NCBI GenBank assembly: GCA_040003165.1
Contig: JBDUDC010000001.1
Coordinates: 1 to 54,638, forward strand
Length of the DNA stretch: 54,638 bases
Source: Chloroflexota bacterium
Lineage (GTDB): Bacteria; Chloroflexota; Limnocylindria; QHBO01
Direction: 5' to 3'
This document shows positions 8,469 to 17,267 of this stretch, in pieces. Each line of letters opens with the position of its first letter. The first letter of the stretch is position 1. The notes below the pieces were generated by a model. The model saw only the letters and a program-made list of their open reading frames with translations. It was not told the origin of the DNA and did no database searches. The translations under genes were made by a program, and so were the position numbers.

Positions 8469-9005
8469 CTACCAGATGCGTCCCGGGTCACATTCGATGG
8501 TCAGCATGCCGTCGAGGTCAAAGTCCGGCGTACCCCTCAGCCGCAGGATCATGACCCCCTCCTGATCGGGCGTTGGGATCAGCGTTCGTCCACTGAGTCC
8601 CGCGAGCGCACCACGCCACAGCTCCCAGCCCAAGCGCTCGTAGAACTGAGGGATATCCGTCTGCAGGCAGGCGACATCGTAGTCATCAACGTTCGTCCCC
8701 AAGAGCTTCAGGACAGCGGTCGCGTGCCCCTGGCCCTGGCGGGCCGGCTTCGTCGCCACGGCATCCACGTAGGCAGTCTTCAAGCGGCGCTCCCCTTCGA
8801 GATGAAGCCAGCGCGTCGTGACCACCGCGTGGCTTACCAACTCCCTGCCGCGATAGGCCATGAAGTGCCGCCCACCGGACGGAATGTACGAAAAGAGTCG
8901 CTCGAAGTCCTGTTCACGGTGAGCGCCGATGCACACCCGGACGATCTCGGCCCGCGTTTCTGCGTCGAGGTCCTCGGTGGCCAAGGAGCTGATGGTGGTG
9001 GCCAT
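8469..9005 (-). CDS. GNAT acetyltransferase resembling aminoglycoside 2'-N-acetyltransferase AAC(2')
   Basis: Colinear resemblance to mycobacterial AAC(2')-I: DLDAETRAEI, GGRHFMAY..SHAVV, YVDAVAT..QGQG, FYERLGW, and a C-terminal ...CDPGRIW. Confidence 0.75.
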   Translation of the reverse strand: MATTISSLATEDLDAETRAEIVRVCIGAHREQDFERLFSYIPSGGRHFMAYRGRELVSHAVVTTRWLHLEGERRLKTAYVDAVATKPARQGQGHATAVLKLLGTNVDDYDVACLQTDIPQFYERLGWELWRGALAGLSGRTLIPTPDQEGVMILRLRGTPDFDLDGMLTIECDPGRIW

Positions 9006-9042
9006 GCGGGTCAGCGAACCGGCTCTGGCGCAGCGCCTCGGG

Positions 9043-9702
9043 CTAGACCTGCTTCATCTGGACGACCGGACCGAGCAGCACGCCGGTGGCGTGCACGGGG
9101 CAGTAGCCGCCCGGATTCTTGGCGAGGTACTGCTGGTGGTAGTCCTCCGCGAAATAGAACTCCGGGGCGGGCCGAATCTCGGTCGTGATCTCGCCGTAGC
9201 CAGCCTTCGACAGCTCGGCCTGATACGCGTCGCGCGATGCCTCGGCCGCCGCCTGCTGCGCTTCGGAATGCGTGTAGATGGCGGACCGATACTGCGTTCC
9301 CACATCGTTTCCCTGGCGCATGCCCTGGGTCGGGTCGTGGTCCTCCCAGAAGATGCGAAGGAGGTCGTCGTATGAGACGACCTTCGGGTCGAAGACGACA
9401 CGCACCGCCTCCGCCTGTCCCGTCCTGCCGGAGCAGACCTCCTTGTACGTCGGATTCGGTGTGATGCCGCCCTGGTAGCCGACCGCCGTGACAATCACGC
9501 CGGGCGTCTGCCAGAAGACCTTCTCGGCGCCCCAGAAGCAACCGAATGCGAAGTCGGCGACCTCGGCGCCTTCGGGGTACGGGCCCTTCAGGGCCGCCCC
9601 GTTGACGTGGTGGTGCTCGGCGGTGGGGATCGGATCCGGCCGCCCGCCGCTGGCGTCGCCGGGATCAGGGAGCTTGCTCTTGGTCGAATTGAAGGGCCAC
9701 AT
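9043..9702 (-). CDS. msrA: Peptide-methionine (S)-S-oxide reductase
   Basis: Catalytic [11 protein letters not shown] motif, GYQGG, and [17 protein letters not shown]. Confidence 0.92.
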   Translation of the reverse strand: MWPFNSTKSKLPDPGDASGGRPDPIPTAEHHHVNGAALKGPYPEGAEVADFAFGCFWGAEKVFWQTPGVIVTAVGYQGGITPNPTYKEVCSGRTGQAEAVRVVFDPKVVSYDDLLRIFWEDHDPTQGMRQGNDVGTQYRSAIYTHSEAQQAAAEASRDAYQAELSKAGYGEITTEIRPAPEFYFAEDYHQQYLAKNPGGYCPVHATGVLLGPVVQMKQV

Positions 9703-9746
9703 GCCGAAAGTCTAGTCCGATTGCGGACGGGCGCCACGAAGGTGGA

Positions 9747-10124
9747 TCAATTCGCGGCCATTGGGGGTCCGTCAATCTCGCGGCGGACGGCATCCAGCAG
9801 GTCGCCGATGCCGAACGGCTTGGCAAGGTAGCCGTCGGCGCCGATCTCGCTCGCCCAGCTGGCACCATCGCGCGCGGCGGTCATGACCAGGATCGGGACC
9901 CGAATGCCACGCTCGGCGAGCATGCGCGCCACGCCCCAGCCGTCGAGGACCGGCATCCGCATATCGAGCAGGATGAGGGCGGGGCGCGACCGGGCGATCG
10001 CATCCAGCGCCGCCGCGCCATTGACCGCCGTCTCGACCTCGTAGCCTTCCACGCGCAGGAGCTCCGCCACCGCGTCCAGGATGCCGGGGTCGTCGTCGAC
10101 GACCAGGATCGGCCGCTCAGGCAT
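9747..10124 (-). CDS. Single-domain (CheY-like) response regulator
   Basis: Internal ATG at 10124 (MPERPILVVDDDPGILD...ILLDMRMPVLDG...KPF). Its start overlaps the stop of the upstream kinase gene (ATGCCTGA). Confidence 0.85.
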   Translation of the reverse strand: MPERPILVVDDDPGILDAVAELLRVEGYEVETAVNGAAALDAIARSRPALILLDMRMPVLDGWGVARMLAERGIRVPILVMTAARDGASWASEIGADGYLAKPFGIGDLLDAVRREIDGPPMAAN

Positions 10125-12042
10125 TGGCGCCGGACCCCGCCGCCTCCGGGTTGATCGGCTCGACGAGCGGCGCCTCAGGCTGGGTTGGCGGGATCGGCTC
10201 GAGGTCGAGCGCCGGCATCGGCAGGACCGGCAGCACGACGTGGAAGGTGCTTCCCGTTCCCAGCTCGCTCTCCGCTGAGATCTCCCCGCCGTGCTCTTCG
10301 ACGATGGCGCGGCAGATGTAAAGGCCCAGGCCAAGGCCCTGGAAGCGGCGGTCGTCGACGTTGCTCCCCCGATGGAAGCGATCGAACAGCCGCGGCAGAT
10401 CGGCGGCCGGTATGCCGATCCCGTGATCGGTCACGCTCAGATGCGCCGTGTCGCCTTCCTGCCAGGCGCGGACCAGCACCTCGCTCTCTGGCGGGCTGTA
10501 CTTCAGCGCGTTCTCAATCAGGTTATCGAGCAGCTGCTGCACGCGATCGAGGTCATAGCTGCCCAGGATCGGCCCGTCGACCTCCGCCCGGCACAAGTGG
10601 CCGTTGCCTGACACCCGGCTGCAGGCCTCTTCGACCAGGGCTGCCAGGTCGACCGTCTCATGGTGTCCGAGCAGCTGGCCTCGCTCGGCGCGTGACGCGT
10701 CGAGGAAGCTGGTGACGAGCTCCTGGAGGCGATGCGCCTCGCGGACCATGCTGCTGATCCGCTGAAGCTCGAGCGGCGCGGCGGGGTCCTGGTCCGCGCG
10801 TCGCTGCAGCAGCTCCGCGTGCAGCAGCAGCGTGGTGAGGGGTGTGCGCAGGTCGTGGGCGGCCGCCGACAGGAAGTCGTCCTTCAGGCGCGTCGCCTCC
10901 TCGCGCGCCTGGACGCTGGCGGCCTCTTCGATGAGGGTGCGACTCTCGAGCACGACGGCGGCCTGGTCCGCCAGCAGCTTGACCAGGCTGAGGTCGTCCT
11001 CTGCAAAGATCGGCGCCCGGCGGGCGTAGACCAGGAGTACGCCGAGCGATCGCCCCTCGGTCATGATCGGCGCCCCGACGACTGCGGTGGCGTCGCGCTG
11101 GTCATAGAGCTGTGCGTTGGCGGGATCGGCACGTCGCGCATCGGCGGTGAAAAACGGCCGGCCCTCGGTGAACACCTTCCCGCCGATCAGGGCATCGGGC
11201 TCGGTCTCGAACAGCGTGCCGCTCCGCTCGTGGTACTGCAGCTTGTTGCGATGCCGGTCGAAGAGGCCCACCGTGGCCGACGGCGCTCCGGTCGACTCCG
11301 CCGCGCCGCGCTCCAGCTCAGCGACGAGCGCCGCCGTGCTCGGCAGCCGTGGCAGGCTGGCCGCGCGGCCCAGGAAGCGGCGCAGCTCGGGCTCCTGCCA
11401 GGCGCGTCGCAGCGCCGGTGGCGTCGAGAACCCGACGAAATAGGCGACCCCCGCCGTCAGTCCGATCAGCTGCGTGCCGATCGCGAGGCTTGCAGAGATG
11501 CCGGGCGCGAGGAGCCCGACGATGGCGAGGGCGAAGGCGAGCGCGACCAGCGCGGATCCCGTCGCGACGGCTTGCATGCGGCGCTGCGTGACGCCGCGGG
11601 AACGCGCGGCGAGGCGCGCAAAGGCAAGGCTGCCATACCCGCCGAGCGCCGCGAACCAGGCGACGCTGAGTATCGCGAACCATGTCGGCGCGGGGTGGGG
11701 CACCGCGAAGGCGCCGACGACCAGCAGGAGGGTGCCTCCGGCGGTGGCACCCATGATCCAGCTGCGTTGCGGGGCGAAGTCGTCGACGGTCCGCACCATT
11801 ACGTAGCCGAGCAGGCTCACCAGGGCAAGCAGGCCCGACTCCAGCAGCGGGCTCCCGCCCGGGCCAGGGAGCCGATTCAGGTCGCTGAGGCCGATGATCG
11901 CCGCGATCACGCCGAAGAAGAGCGCGATGTCCAGGCGGGCTCGATCGCGCCCGTGGATGGCTCGGATCACCACGTCGCCGAAAACGACCAGGAAGACGAT
12001 CTGCGTCACGAGCGAGAGGAAGTCGTCGGCGCTCAATCTCAA
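10117..12042 (-). CDS. Multi-TM GAF-domain sensor histidine kinase
   Basis: About 7 N-terminal TM segments, a GAF-like region, H-box SAAAHDLRTPLT and HATPase (DHGIGI, GLGLGLYI). The start is uncertain. The track start 12177 overlaps the upstream gene, so a TTG at 12042 or 12036 downstream of that gene's stop (12107) is more plausible. Confidence 0.85.
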   Translation of the reverse strand: MRLSADDFLSLVTQIVFLVVFGDVVIRAIHGRDRARLDIALFFGVIAAIIGLSDLNRLPGPGGSPLLESGLLALVSLLGYVMVRTVDDFAPQRSWIMGATAGGTLLLVVGAFAVPHPAPTWFAILSVAWFAALGGYGSLAFARLAARSRGVTQRRMQAVATGSALVALAFALAIVGLLAPGISASLAIGTQLIGLTAGVAYFVGFSTPPALRRAWQEPELRRFLGRAASLPRLPSTAALVAELERGAAESTGAPSATVGLFDRHRNKLQYHERSGTLFETEPDALIGGKVFTEGRPFFTADARRADPANAQLYDQRDATAVVGAPIMTEGRSLGVLLVYARRAPIFAEDDLSLVKLLADQAAVVLESRTLIEEAASVQAREEATRLKDDFLSAAAHDLRTPLTTLLLHAELLQRRADQDPAAPLELQRISSMVREAHRLQELVTSFLDASRAERGQLLGHHETVDLAALVEEACSRVSGNGHLCRAEVDGPILGSYDLDRVQQLLDNLIENALKYSPPESEVLVRAWQEGDTAHLSVTDHGIGIPAADLPRLFDRFHRGSNVDDRRFQGLGLGLYICRAIVEEHGGEISAESELGTGSTFHVVLPVLPMPALDLEPIPPTQPEAPLVEPINPEAAGSGANA

Positions 12043-12106
12043 CCCCAGGGCACTTTCGGGTGCGGGGGATTGTACGGCCAGAGCTCGAGAGCGCTCGCGC
12101 CCAGGC

Positions 12107-14119
12107 CTAGAGGAGCTCCGGTCGCACGAACTCCTTCCCCAGCACGTGCTCGTCGAGGAAGGCGAGGACGGTGGCATACCAGACCCGCGCGTTCTGCGGC
12201 TTGAGCACCCAGTGATTCTCGTCGGGGAAGTACAGGAATTTGGACTCGACCCCCCGTCGCTGAAGATCGGTCCACAGGCGAAGCCCCTCGCTGATGGGGA
12301 CCCGGTGGTCGAGCTCGCCGTGTACCACGAGCATGGGCGTCCGGATCGCGGCGAGCAGCCGGCTGGGCGAGTGCTCCTCGTAGCGGGAGGCGTCGAGGTA
12401 CGGATCTCCGAACTCCCGCTCCCATTCCGGCCCCAGGTCGGTGGTTCCGTGGAACCCGCGCAGCTCCCAGAGGCTGGCGTGGGTCACGATCGCGCGGAAG
12501 CGATCCGTGTTGCCGGCGACCCAGTTCGCCATGTAACCGCCGAACGAGCCGCCCATCAGCGCGGTGCGCTGCGGATCGAGATCGTCACGCTGGAGCGCCC
12601 CGTCGACGGCGGCCATGACGTCACTGTACGGCTCGGCGCCCCAGCGTCCCCAACCCCGACCGATGAAGTCCAATCCATAGCCGGTGGAGAGCGCGGGGTC
12701 GGGGAGCAGCACCGCATACCCGCGGGCGGCCAGGAGCTGGGGGTTCCAGCGCCAGCTCCAGCCCTGCCACGAGCTCAGCGGCCCGCCATGGACGAAGACG
12801 ACGAGCGGCGCCGGGGCCGCGGCATCCTTCGGGAGTACGAGCCAGGACTCGATAGCCACGCCATCCGCGGCGTTGGCGCTGATCCGCTCGACTCGGCCGG
12901 GGAGCTCGAGGGCCTCGAGCTCCGGGAGGGAGGGGATCGGCCGCGGCTCCTGGTCGGTGGCGCGCGCGTCGAGTGCCACGATCCGTGGCGGCTGCGCGGG
13001 CCCGGCGGCCATCGCGTACAGGGTGGCGCCATCCGGCGAAGGGCAGAGGCTGTCGAAGCTCGCCGCCGACGAGAGGACTGTCACTACGCGGGTGGCGAGC
13101 TCAAGCCGGTAGGCGGCTGAAACGCCGTGGCTATCGGCGATGAAGAAGATCGCGGCGCCGTCCTGCGACCAGACCGGAGCGTGTGGCCAGACGTCGAGCT
13201 CGGGCGTGAGGTCGCGGCCCGGCCCTCCATCGACGTCGATCAGCCAGAGGGTCGTATCGCTCGGCTGGTCAGGACTGCCGGGCAGGCTGCGGGTGCATGC
13301 CACCTGCCTGCCGTCGGGAGAGATCGCGGCGCCCTCGTACCACCCGTCCGGGGCTGTGAGGACGCGATGCTCGCCGCTTGCGCGCTCGATCGCAACGAGG
13401 TCGACGTGGAGGTCGGTGAGCTTCTCGGTCCGCTCCCAGCCGGTCACCACCGTTGCCCCATCGGGCGACAGGTCGAAGCCGATCTCTGCGAGGCCATGGC
13501 GCGCGTCCGGCGTCAGGTCCTTCGCTGCGTCGATCCGGGCCTCGCCCGGCGGCACGGCCGCCGCGAACAGGTGCAGCTCGCGCGGGCCGAGATAATGGTC
13601 CCAGCGACGGATCGGGAACGACTCGAACAGCTGGGCCTGCACCCCGGCGTCCTTGCGAGCCTTCTCCCGCTCGCCGTCCGCGCCGAAATCGCCACTCCCC
13701 GGATGCACCGCGGCGCTGAACGCGATCACCTCCGCGTCACGAGCCGCCTTGACGGCATCGACGCCGCCCGGCGGAGCAACCAGCAGGCGCGCCTCGCCCC
13801 CGTCGGCGGGGAGGAGCCACAGCGAGGTGACGTCATCGGCCTTTTCATCGCCGGTGCGCTCGGGATCCGGGCGGGTCGAGGTGAACAGGACTGAGCCGTC
13901 GCGCAGGAAGCTGCCTGAGCTCTCGCCCGGCGCGGACCTGGTGAGGCGGCGCGTCGGCCGCACCCCGGAGGGATCCACCTCCCAGAGCGCACTCGTCATC
14001 TTCTTCCCGTCGGGAGCAGGCCGCGAGATCGACACGATCAGCCGGCCGCCGTCCGGCGAGAGGCTCAGCCCAGAGAGGCGAGGGATGGCGAGGTAGGCGT
14101 CGAAGCTGAGGTCATTCAT
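12107..14119 (-). CDS. S9 family serine peptidase (beta-propeller plus alpha/beta hydrolase, acylaminoacyl/prolyl oligopeptidase-like)
   Basis: 670 aa. Nucleophile elbow GGSFGGYM and a C-terminal HGELDHRVP. Confidence 0.9.
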   Translation of the reverse strand: MNDLSFDAYLAIPRLSGLSLSPDGGRLIVSISRPAPDGKKMTSALWEVDPSGVRPTRRLTRSAPGESSGSFLRDGSVLFTSTRPDPERTGDEKADDVTSLWLLPADGGEARLLVAPPGGVDAVKAARDAEVIAFSAAVHPGSGDFGADGEREKARKDAGVQAQLFESFPIRRWDHYLGPRELHLFAAAVPPGEARIDAAKDLTPDARHGLAEIGFDLSPDGATVVTGWERTEKLTDLHVDLVAIERASGEHRVLTAPDGWYEGAAISPDGRQVACTRSLPGSPDQPSDTTLWLIDVDGGPGRDLTPELDVWPHAPVWSQDGAAIFFIADSHGVSAAYRLELATRVVTVLSSAASFDSLCPSPDGATLYAMAAGPAQPPRIVALDARATDQEPRPIPSLPELEALELPGRVERISANAADGVAIESWLVLPKDAAAPAPLVVFVHGGPLSSWQGWSWRWNPQLLAARGYAVLLPDPALSTGYGLDFIGRGWGRWGAEPYSDVMAAVDGALQRDDLDPQRTALMGGSFGGYMANWVAGNTDRFRAIVTHASLWELRGFHGTTDLGPEWEREFGDPYLDASRYEEHSPSRLLAAIRTPMLVVHGELDHRVPISEGLRLWTDLQRRGVESKFLYFPDENHWVLKPQNARVWYATVLAFLDEHVLGKEFVRPELL

Positions 14120-14643
14120 GCGCCCAGTATCCCCGAGCCGGGCCGGTCGAGATGGACGCGCGGCAGGGGCCAGCTGACACGCAGCTCATCGGCCAGGAGC
14201 TGGGAGATCGTCCGGCAGCGCTGGCATACCGCCCGCGCCGGCAGCTCTGGAAGCTCGGGCGGGTGCTCCTGCACGACGGCGCGGAGGATCGGAATCGGCG
14301 CGCGGATGAGCCGACGCCACCACCCGTTCAGGGCGCGGTACTGGGTCTGCGGCTGATCCGCACCCCGCGCTTCGTGGAGATCCCACACCCCGTCGGGACG
14401 CTGCACCCAGCCGGGCGGAAAGGCGAAGAGCCGCAGGGCGACCGCGGGCGAGCGGGGATAGCCGGGCCGCGGCTCAAGGGCGAGCTGCCGCCGGCCGCTC
14501 AGCACGCCCGGCGGGAGCTCCAGCTCGTCGATCGGGCCGACTTCGCGATTGCACAGGTACGCCCCGTCGCGCTGGCTGCCGCACAGCACGTGGTGCCCGG
14601 TCGGATCGAGCCGAGCGACTCGGCGAGGCTCTTCGAGCGGCAT
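14116..14643 (-). CDS. Hypothetical protein (175 aa)
   Basis: Strong GC3 bias. Its stop overlaps the peptidase start by 4 nt (ATGA coupling). No family recognised. Confidence 0.5.
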   Translation of the reverse strand: MPLEEPRRVARLDPTGHHVLCGSQRDGAYLCNREVGPIDELELPPGVLSGRRQLALEPRPGYPRSPAVALRLFAFPPGWVQRPDGVWDLHEARGADQPQTQYRALNGWWRRLIRAPIPILRAVVQEHPPELPELPARAVCQRCRTISQLLADELRVSWPLPRVHLDRPGSGILGA

Positions 14644-14661
14644 GGTCCGACGATCGCTCGC

Positions 14662-15045
14662 CTAGGCGGGTTCCTGCATGAAGAACTCGGTGAAGTCGGT
14701 GCAGCGCATCTCGTCGTTGAGCCGCACGATGAGGATGTTGTGGTAGCGGCGCTGCTGCGCCGCATCGGTCGCCTGGTAGGTGGTGACGCAGCGCGCGACG
14801 CCGAGGTCGCCGTTCACCGCGATCGGCTCGCAGAGCATCGTCCAACTCTCCGGATCGTCTGGCTCCTTCAGCCACGCCTCGACGATCTCCTCGCGGTCGC
14901 GCGCACCCTCGCTCAGCGACTCCCACGGATGCCAGCGGTAGACGGCGTCGTGGGTGAAGAGATCGCGGATCGTGTCGGCGTCGTTGCTTCGCCACGCGAC
15001 GATGTACCGGTCGAGCCAGTTGTCGAGGGCGGCAAGCTCAGTCAT
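14662..15045 (-). CDS. SnoaL-like / NTF2 family protein
   Basis: ATG at 15045 preceded by GGAAGGAG. MTELAALDNWLDRYIVAWRSNDADTIRDLFTHDAVY... is a typical SnoaL-like N-terminus. The longer track ORF, which runs to 15102, extends into repeat copy B. Confidence 0.7.
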   Translation of the reverse strand: MTELAALDNWLDRYIVAWRSNDADTIRDLFTHDAVYRWHPWESLSEGARDREEIVEAWLKEPDDPESWTMLCEPIAVNGDLGVARCVTTYQATDAAQQRRYHNILIVRLNDEMRCTDFTEFFMQEPA

Positions 15046-15064
15046 CGATCTCCTTCCATCAACT

Positions 15065-15273
15065 GTGGGTTGGCTGTGGATGAAGCCACGAACGGCTCGC
15101 AAACTCGGGGATAAGTGGGATTGCCTCGGTCGTCAGTGCAAGCCTATTCTCTGGGTGTCCCGAAGGGGCAGCGAATACCGGTTCATGAGATTGCATCAAG
15201 CGTTCCGGTACCGTTTCGGTGGCTTCGGTCACCGGGCCGGACGCAGTTCCTTCGGGGCATTTCTTTGTCCATC
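15065..15273 (+). repeat. Copy B of the ~200-nt hairpin-rich non-coding repeat element
   Basis: Aligns with 5191-5398 (core 15157-15261). Fills almost the entire gap between two minus-strand genes. Confidence 0.7.
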
Positions 15274-15802
15274 ACGCGCGCTCGATTGCGACGCGCTCGA
15301 CCTCCTCGGACGAGCGAAGGAGATCGATCCGGGCGAAGCCTTCGGCGCCGAGCATCGGCTTCGATTCGGCCAGCCATCGCGCCTGTCGGCGGATCGCGGA
15401 TTCGGGAAGTGGATGCGTGAGGCGCAGCCGGTTGCGCTCGAGGCATGTCTCCAGGGGCAGGTCGAGGACGACCGCGATTGCGGGCCGCCGACCGTGGCGA
15501 CGGGCCGCGTCGAGGAGCAGGCGGCGCGCCCAGCGCTGGACGTTGGTGGCATCAACCACGGTCAGATGGCCCCGGGCGAGGCGCATGGCGAGCGCGATGC
15601 GCAGCAGCTCAAACGCGTCCTTGGTCGCGGATTGGTCAGCCCCGTCGCCGGCGATCAGGCCGCGCAGGGCGTCCGAGGAGAGCACGTCGGTTGGCCCGAA
15701 ATGGCGAGCAGCCAACGTCGATTTTCCCGAGCCGGAGATGCCGACCAGCATCACGAGGGCGTCTCCGGGGATGCGCAGCGGTATGAGTGGTGGCGGCTTC
15801 AT
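15272..15802 (-). CDS. P-loop kinase (AAA_33 / polynucleotide-kinase-like ATP-binding protein)
   Basis: Walker A GISGSGKST and Walker B-like VVDATN. Start at the ATG at 15802 (MKPPPL), or alternatively at 15838. Confidence 0.75.
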   Translation of the reverse strand: MKPPPLIPLRIPGDALVMLVGISGSGKSTLAARHFGPTDVLSSDALRGLIAGDGADQSATKDAFELLRIALAMRLARGHLTVVDATNVQRWARRLLLDAARRHGRRPAIAVVLDLPLETCLERNRLRLTHPLPESAIRRQARWLAESKPMLGAEGFARIDLLRSSEEVERVAIERA

Positions 15803-15816
15803 GGCCGTCAGCCGGG

Positions 15817-16005
15817 TCAGCCCTCGTTCGCGATGCACTCCGCGCAGAGCTCGGAGTCCGGGATCGGCGGGACGGGCGAGCCGGTGGCGCGGGGCAGGGT
15901 GCGGCCACAGACGGTCAGCTCCGGATCACGCATCAGGTGGACCTTGGAGAAGTGGCGATCCGGCAGGCGCCAGGTGACGTAGCGGCGGGTGGGCATCGTC
16001 TTCAT
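15817..16005 (-). CDS. Small hypothetical protein (62 aa)
   Basis: Internal ATG at 16005 (MKTMPTRRYVTWRLPDRHF...ELCAECIANEG). High GC3. No family recognised. Confidence 0.4.
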   Translation of the reverse strand: MKTMPTRRYVTWRLPDRHFSKVHLMRDPELTVCGRTLPRATGSPVPPIPDSELCAECIANEG

Positions 16006-16070
16006 ATCGGACCGCGAAGTATGCCCTAAATCGAGCTCCGGCACAACTCGGCCGTTCCGAATCTGGCAGC

Positions 16071-17267
16071 ATGAGGCGCTGTATGGCACTCGCGAGGCGG
16101 ATTGGCGTTCTGACCGGCGGCGGCGACGTGCCGGGGCTCAACTCGGTGATCAAGAGCGTTGTCTACCGATCCACCGAGCTCGGCTGTGAGGTCCTCGGCA
16201 TCCGGCGCGGCTGGCAGGGGCTCACCCATCTGCCGCCCGCAGACCAGCCGGATGGCGGCTACATCTGGCCGCTCGATCGGCGCAACACGCGGGCGATCGA
16301 TCGCACGGGCGGCACGGTCCTGCACACGTCGCGCACCAACCCGGCGCGGATGCCGCGGGCCGCGCTGCCGGATTCGATTGACCCACGCCGTTTGGCCACC
16401 ATGCAGACTGATGAGGACGTGTACGACCTCACGCCGCTCGTGCTCGAAAACCTCGAGCGCATGCGCATCGAGTCGCTGGTGGCGATCGGCGGCGACGACA
16501 CCCTCGGCTACGCACAGCGCCTCGGCGCCGAGGGGGTGCCCCTTGTCGCGATCCCCAAGACCATGGACAACGACGTGCAGGGCACCGAGTACTGCATCGG
16601 CTTCTCGACAGCGGTCACGCGCGCGAAGGAGCTGATCAACCGCCAGCGGACGACGCTCGGCTCGCACGAGCGGATCGGAGTCTTTCGCATCTTCGGCCGC
16701 AACTCGGGCTACACGGCGTGGTACTCGGCCTACGTGACCAGCGCGCGCTGCGTCATTCCGGAAGCCCCCTTCGACCTCGAGTCGCTGGCGGGCCTGCTCG
16801 CGGACGACCGACGCCTGAATCCGTCCGGCTACGCGTTCGTGATCGCCAGCGAGGGCGCCATCTGGACCGGCGGCCGCCTCGACGACGTGGGCGAGCCCGA
16901 TGCCTACGGCCACCGACACAAGGCCGATGTCGGCTACGCGCTCGCGCTCGAGCTGCGCGGCCGCACCGGAATCGAGACGGTCCACAGCGACCTCACCTAC
17001 GACCTGCGCTCCGGCGAGCCCGATGCCCTCGATCAGACGGTCGCGATCACCTTCGCGAACGTCGCGATGGACCTGCTCGCGTCGGGGGTGACCGGGCGCA
17101 TGGCCGCCATCCGCGAGGGGAAGTACGCCCACGCGCCGCTCCCCAATGCGTCCCTGGGGCCGCGGCAGCTGGACGTCGAGACGATGTACAACGCGGACCG
17201 ATTCCGTCCGCGCTACGAGGCCCGGCTGGGCTCGCCGCTCCTGCTCGGCCGCTCGGTGGGGGAGTGA
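16071..17267 (+). CDS. pfk: 6-phosphofructokinase (ATP- or PPi-dependent)
   Basis: RIGVLTGGGDVPGLN, IGGDDTL and PKTMDNDV motifs. The start may be the ATG at 16083. Confidence 0.9.
   Translation: MRRCMALARRIGVLTGGGDVPGLNSVIKSVVYRSTELGCEVLGIRRGWQGLTHLPPADQPDGGYIWPLDRRNTRAIDRTGGTVLHTSRTNPARMPRAALPDSIDPRRLATMQTDEDVYDLTPLVLENLERMRIESLVAIGGDDTLGYAQRLGAEGVPLVAIPKTMDNDVQGTEYCIGFSTAVTRAKELINRQRTTLGSHERIGVFRIFGRNSGYTAWYSAYVTSARCVIPEAPFDLESLAGLLADDRRLNPSGYAFVIASEGAIWTGGRLDDVGEPDAYGHRHKADVGYALALELRGRTGIETVHSDLTYDLRSGEPDALDQTVAITFANVAMDLLASGVTGRMAAIREGKYAHAPLPNASLGPRQLDVETMYNADRFRPRYEARLGSPLLLGRSVGE

Noticed and set aside
5191-15273. Whether the two repeat copies could be a template/variable repeat pair of a diversity-generating retroelement, or a retron or CRISPR-like array.
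   Set aside because: The mismatches are not adenine-specific (g/t, a/t, c/g, t/c, g/a, c/a). No reverse transcriptase or cas genes are present in the window. There are only two copies, 9.9 kb apart, and no spacer architecture.
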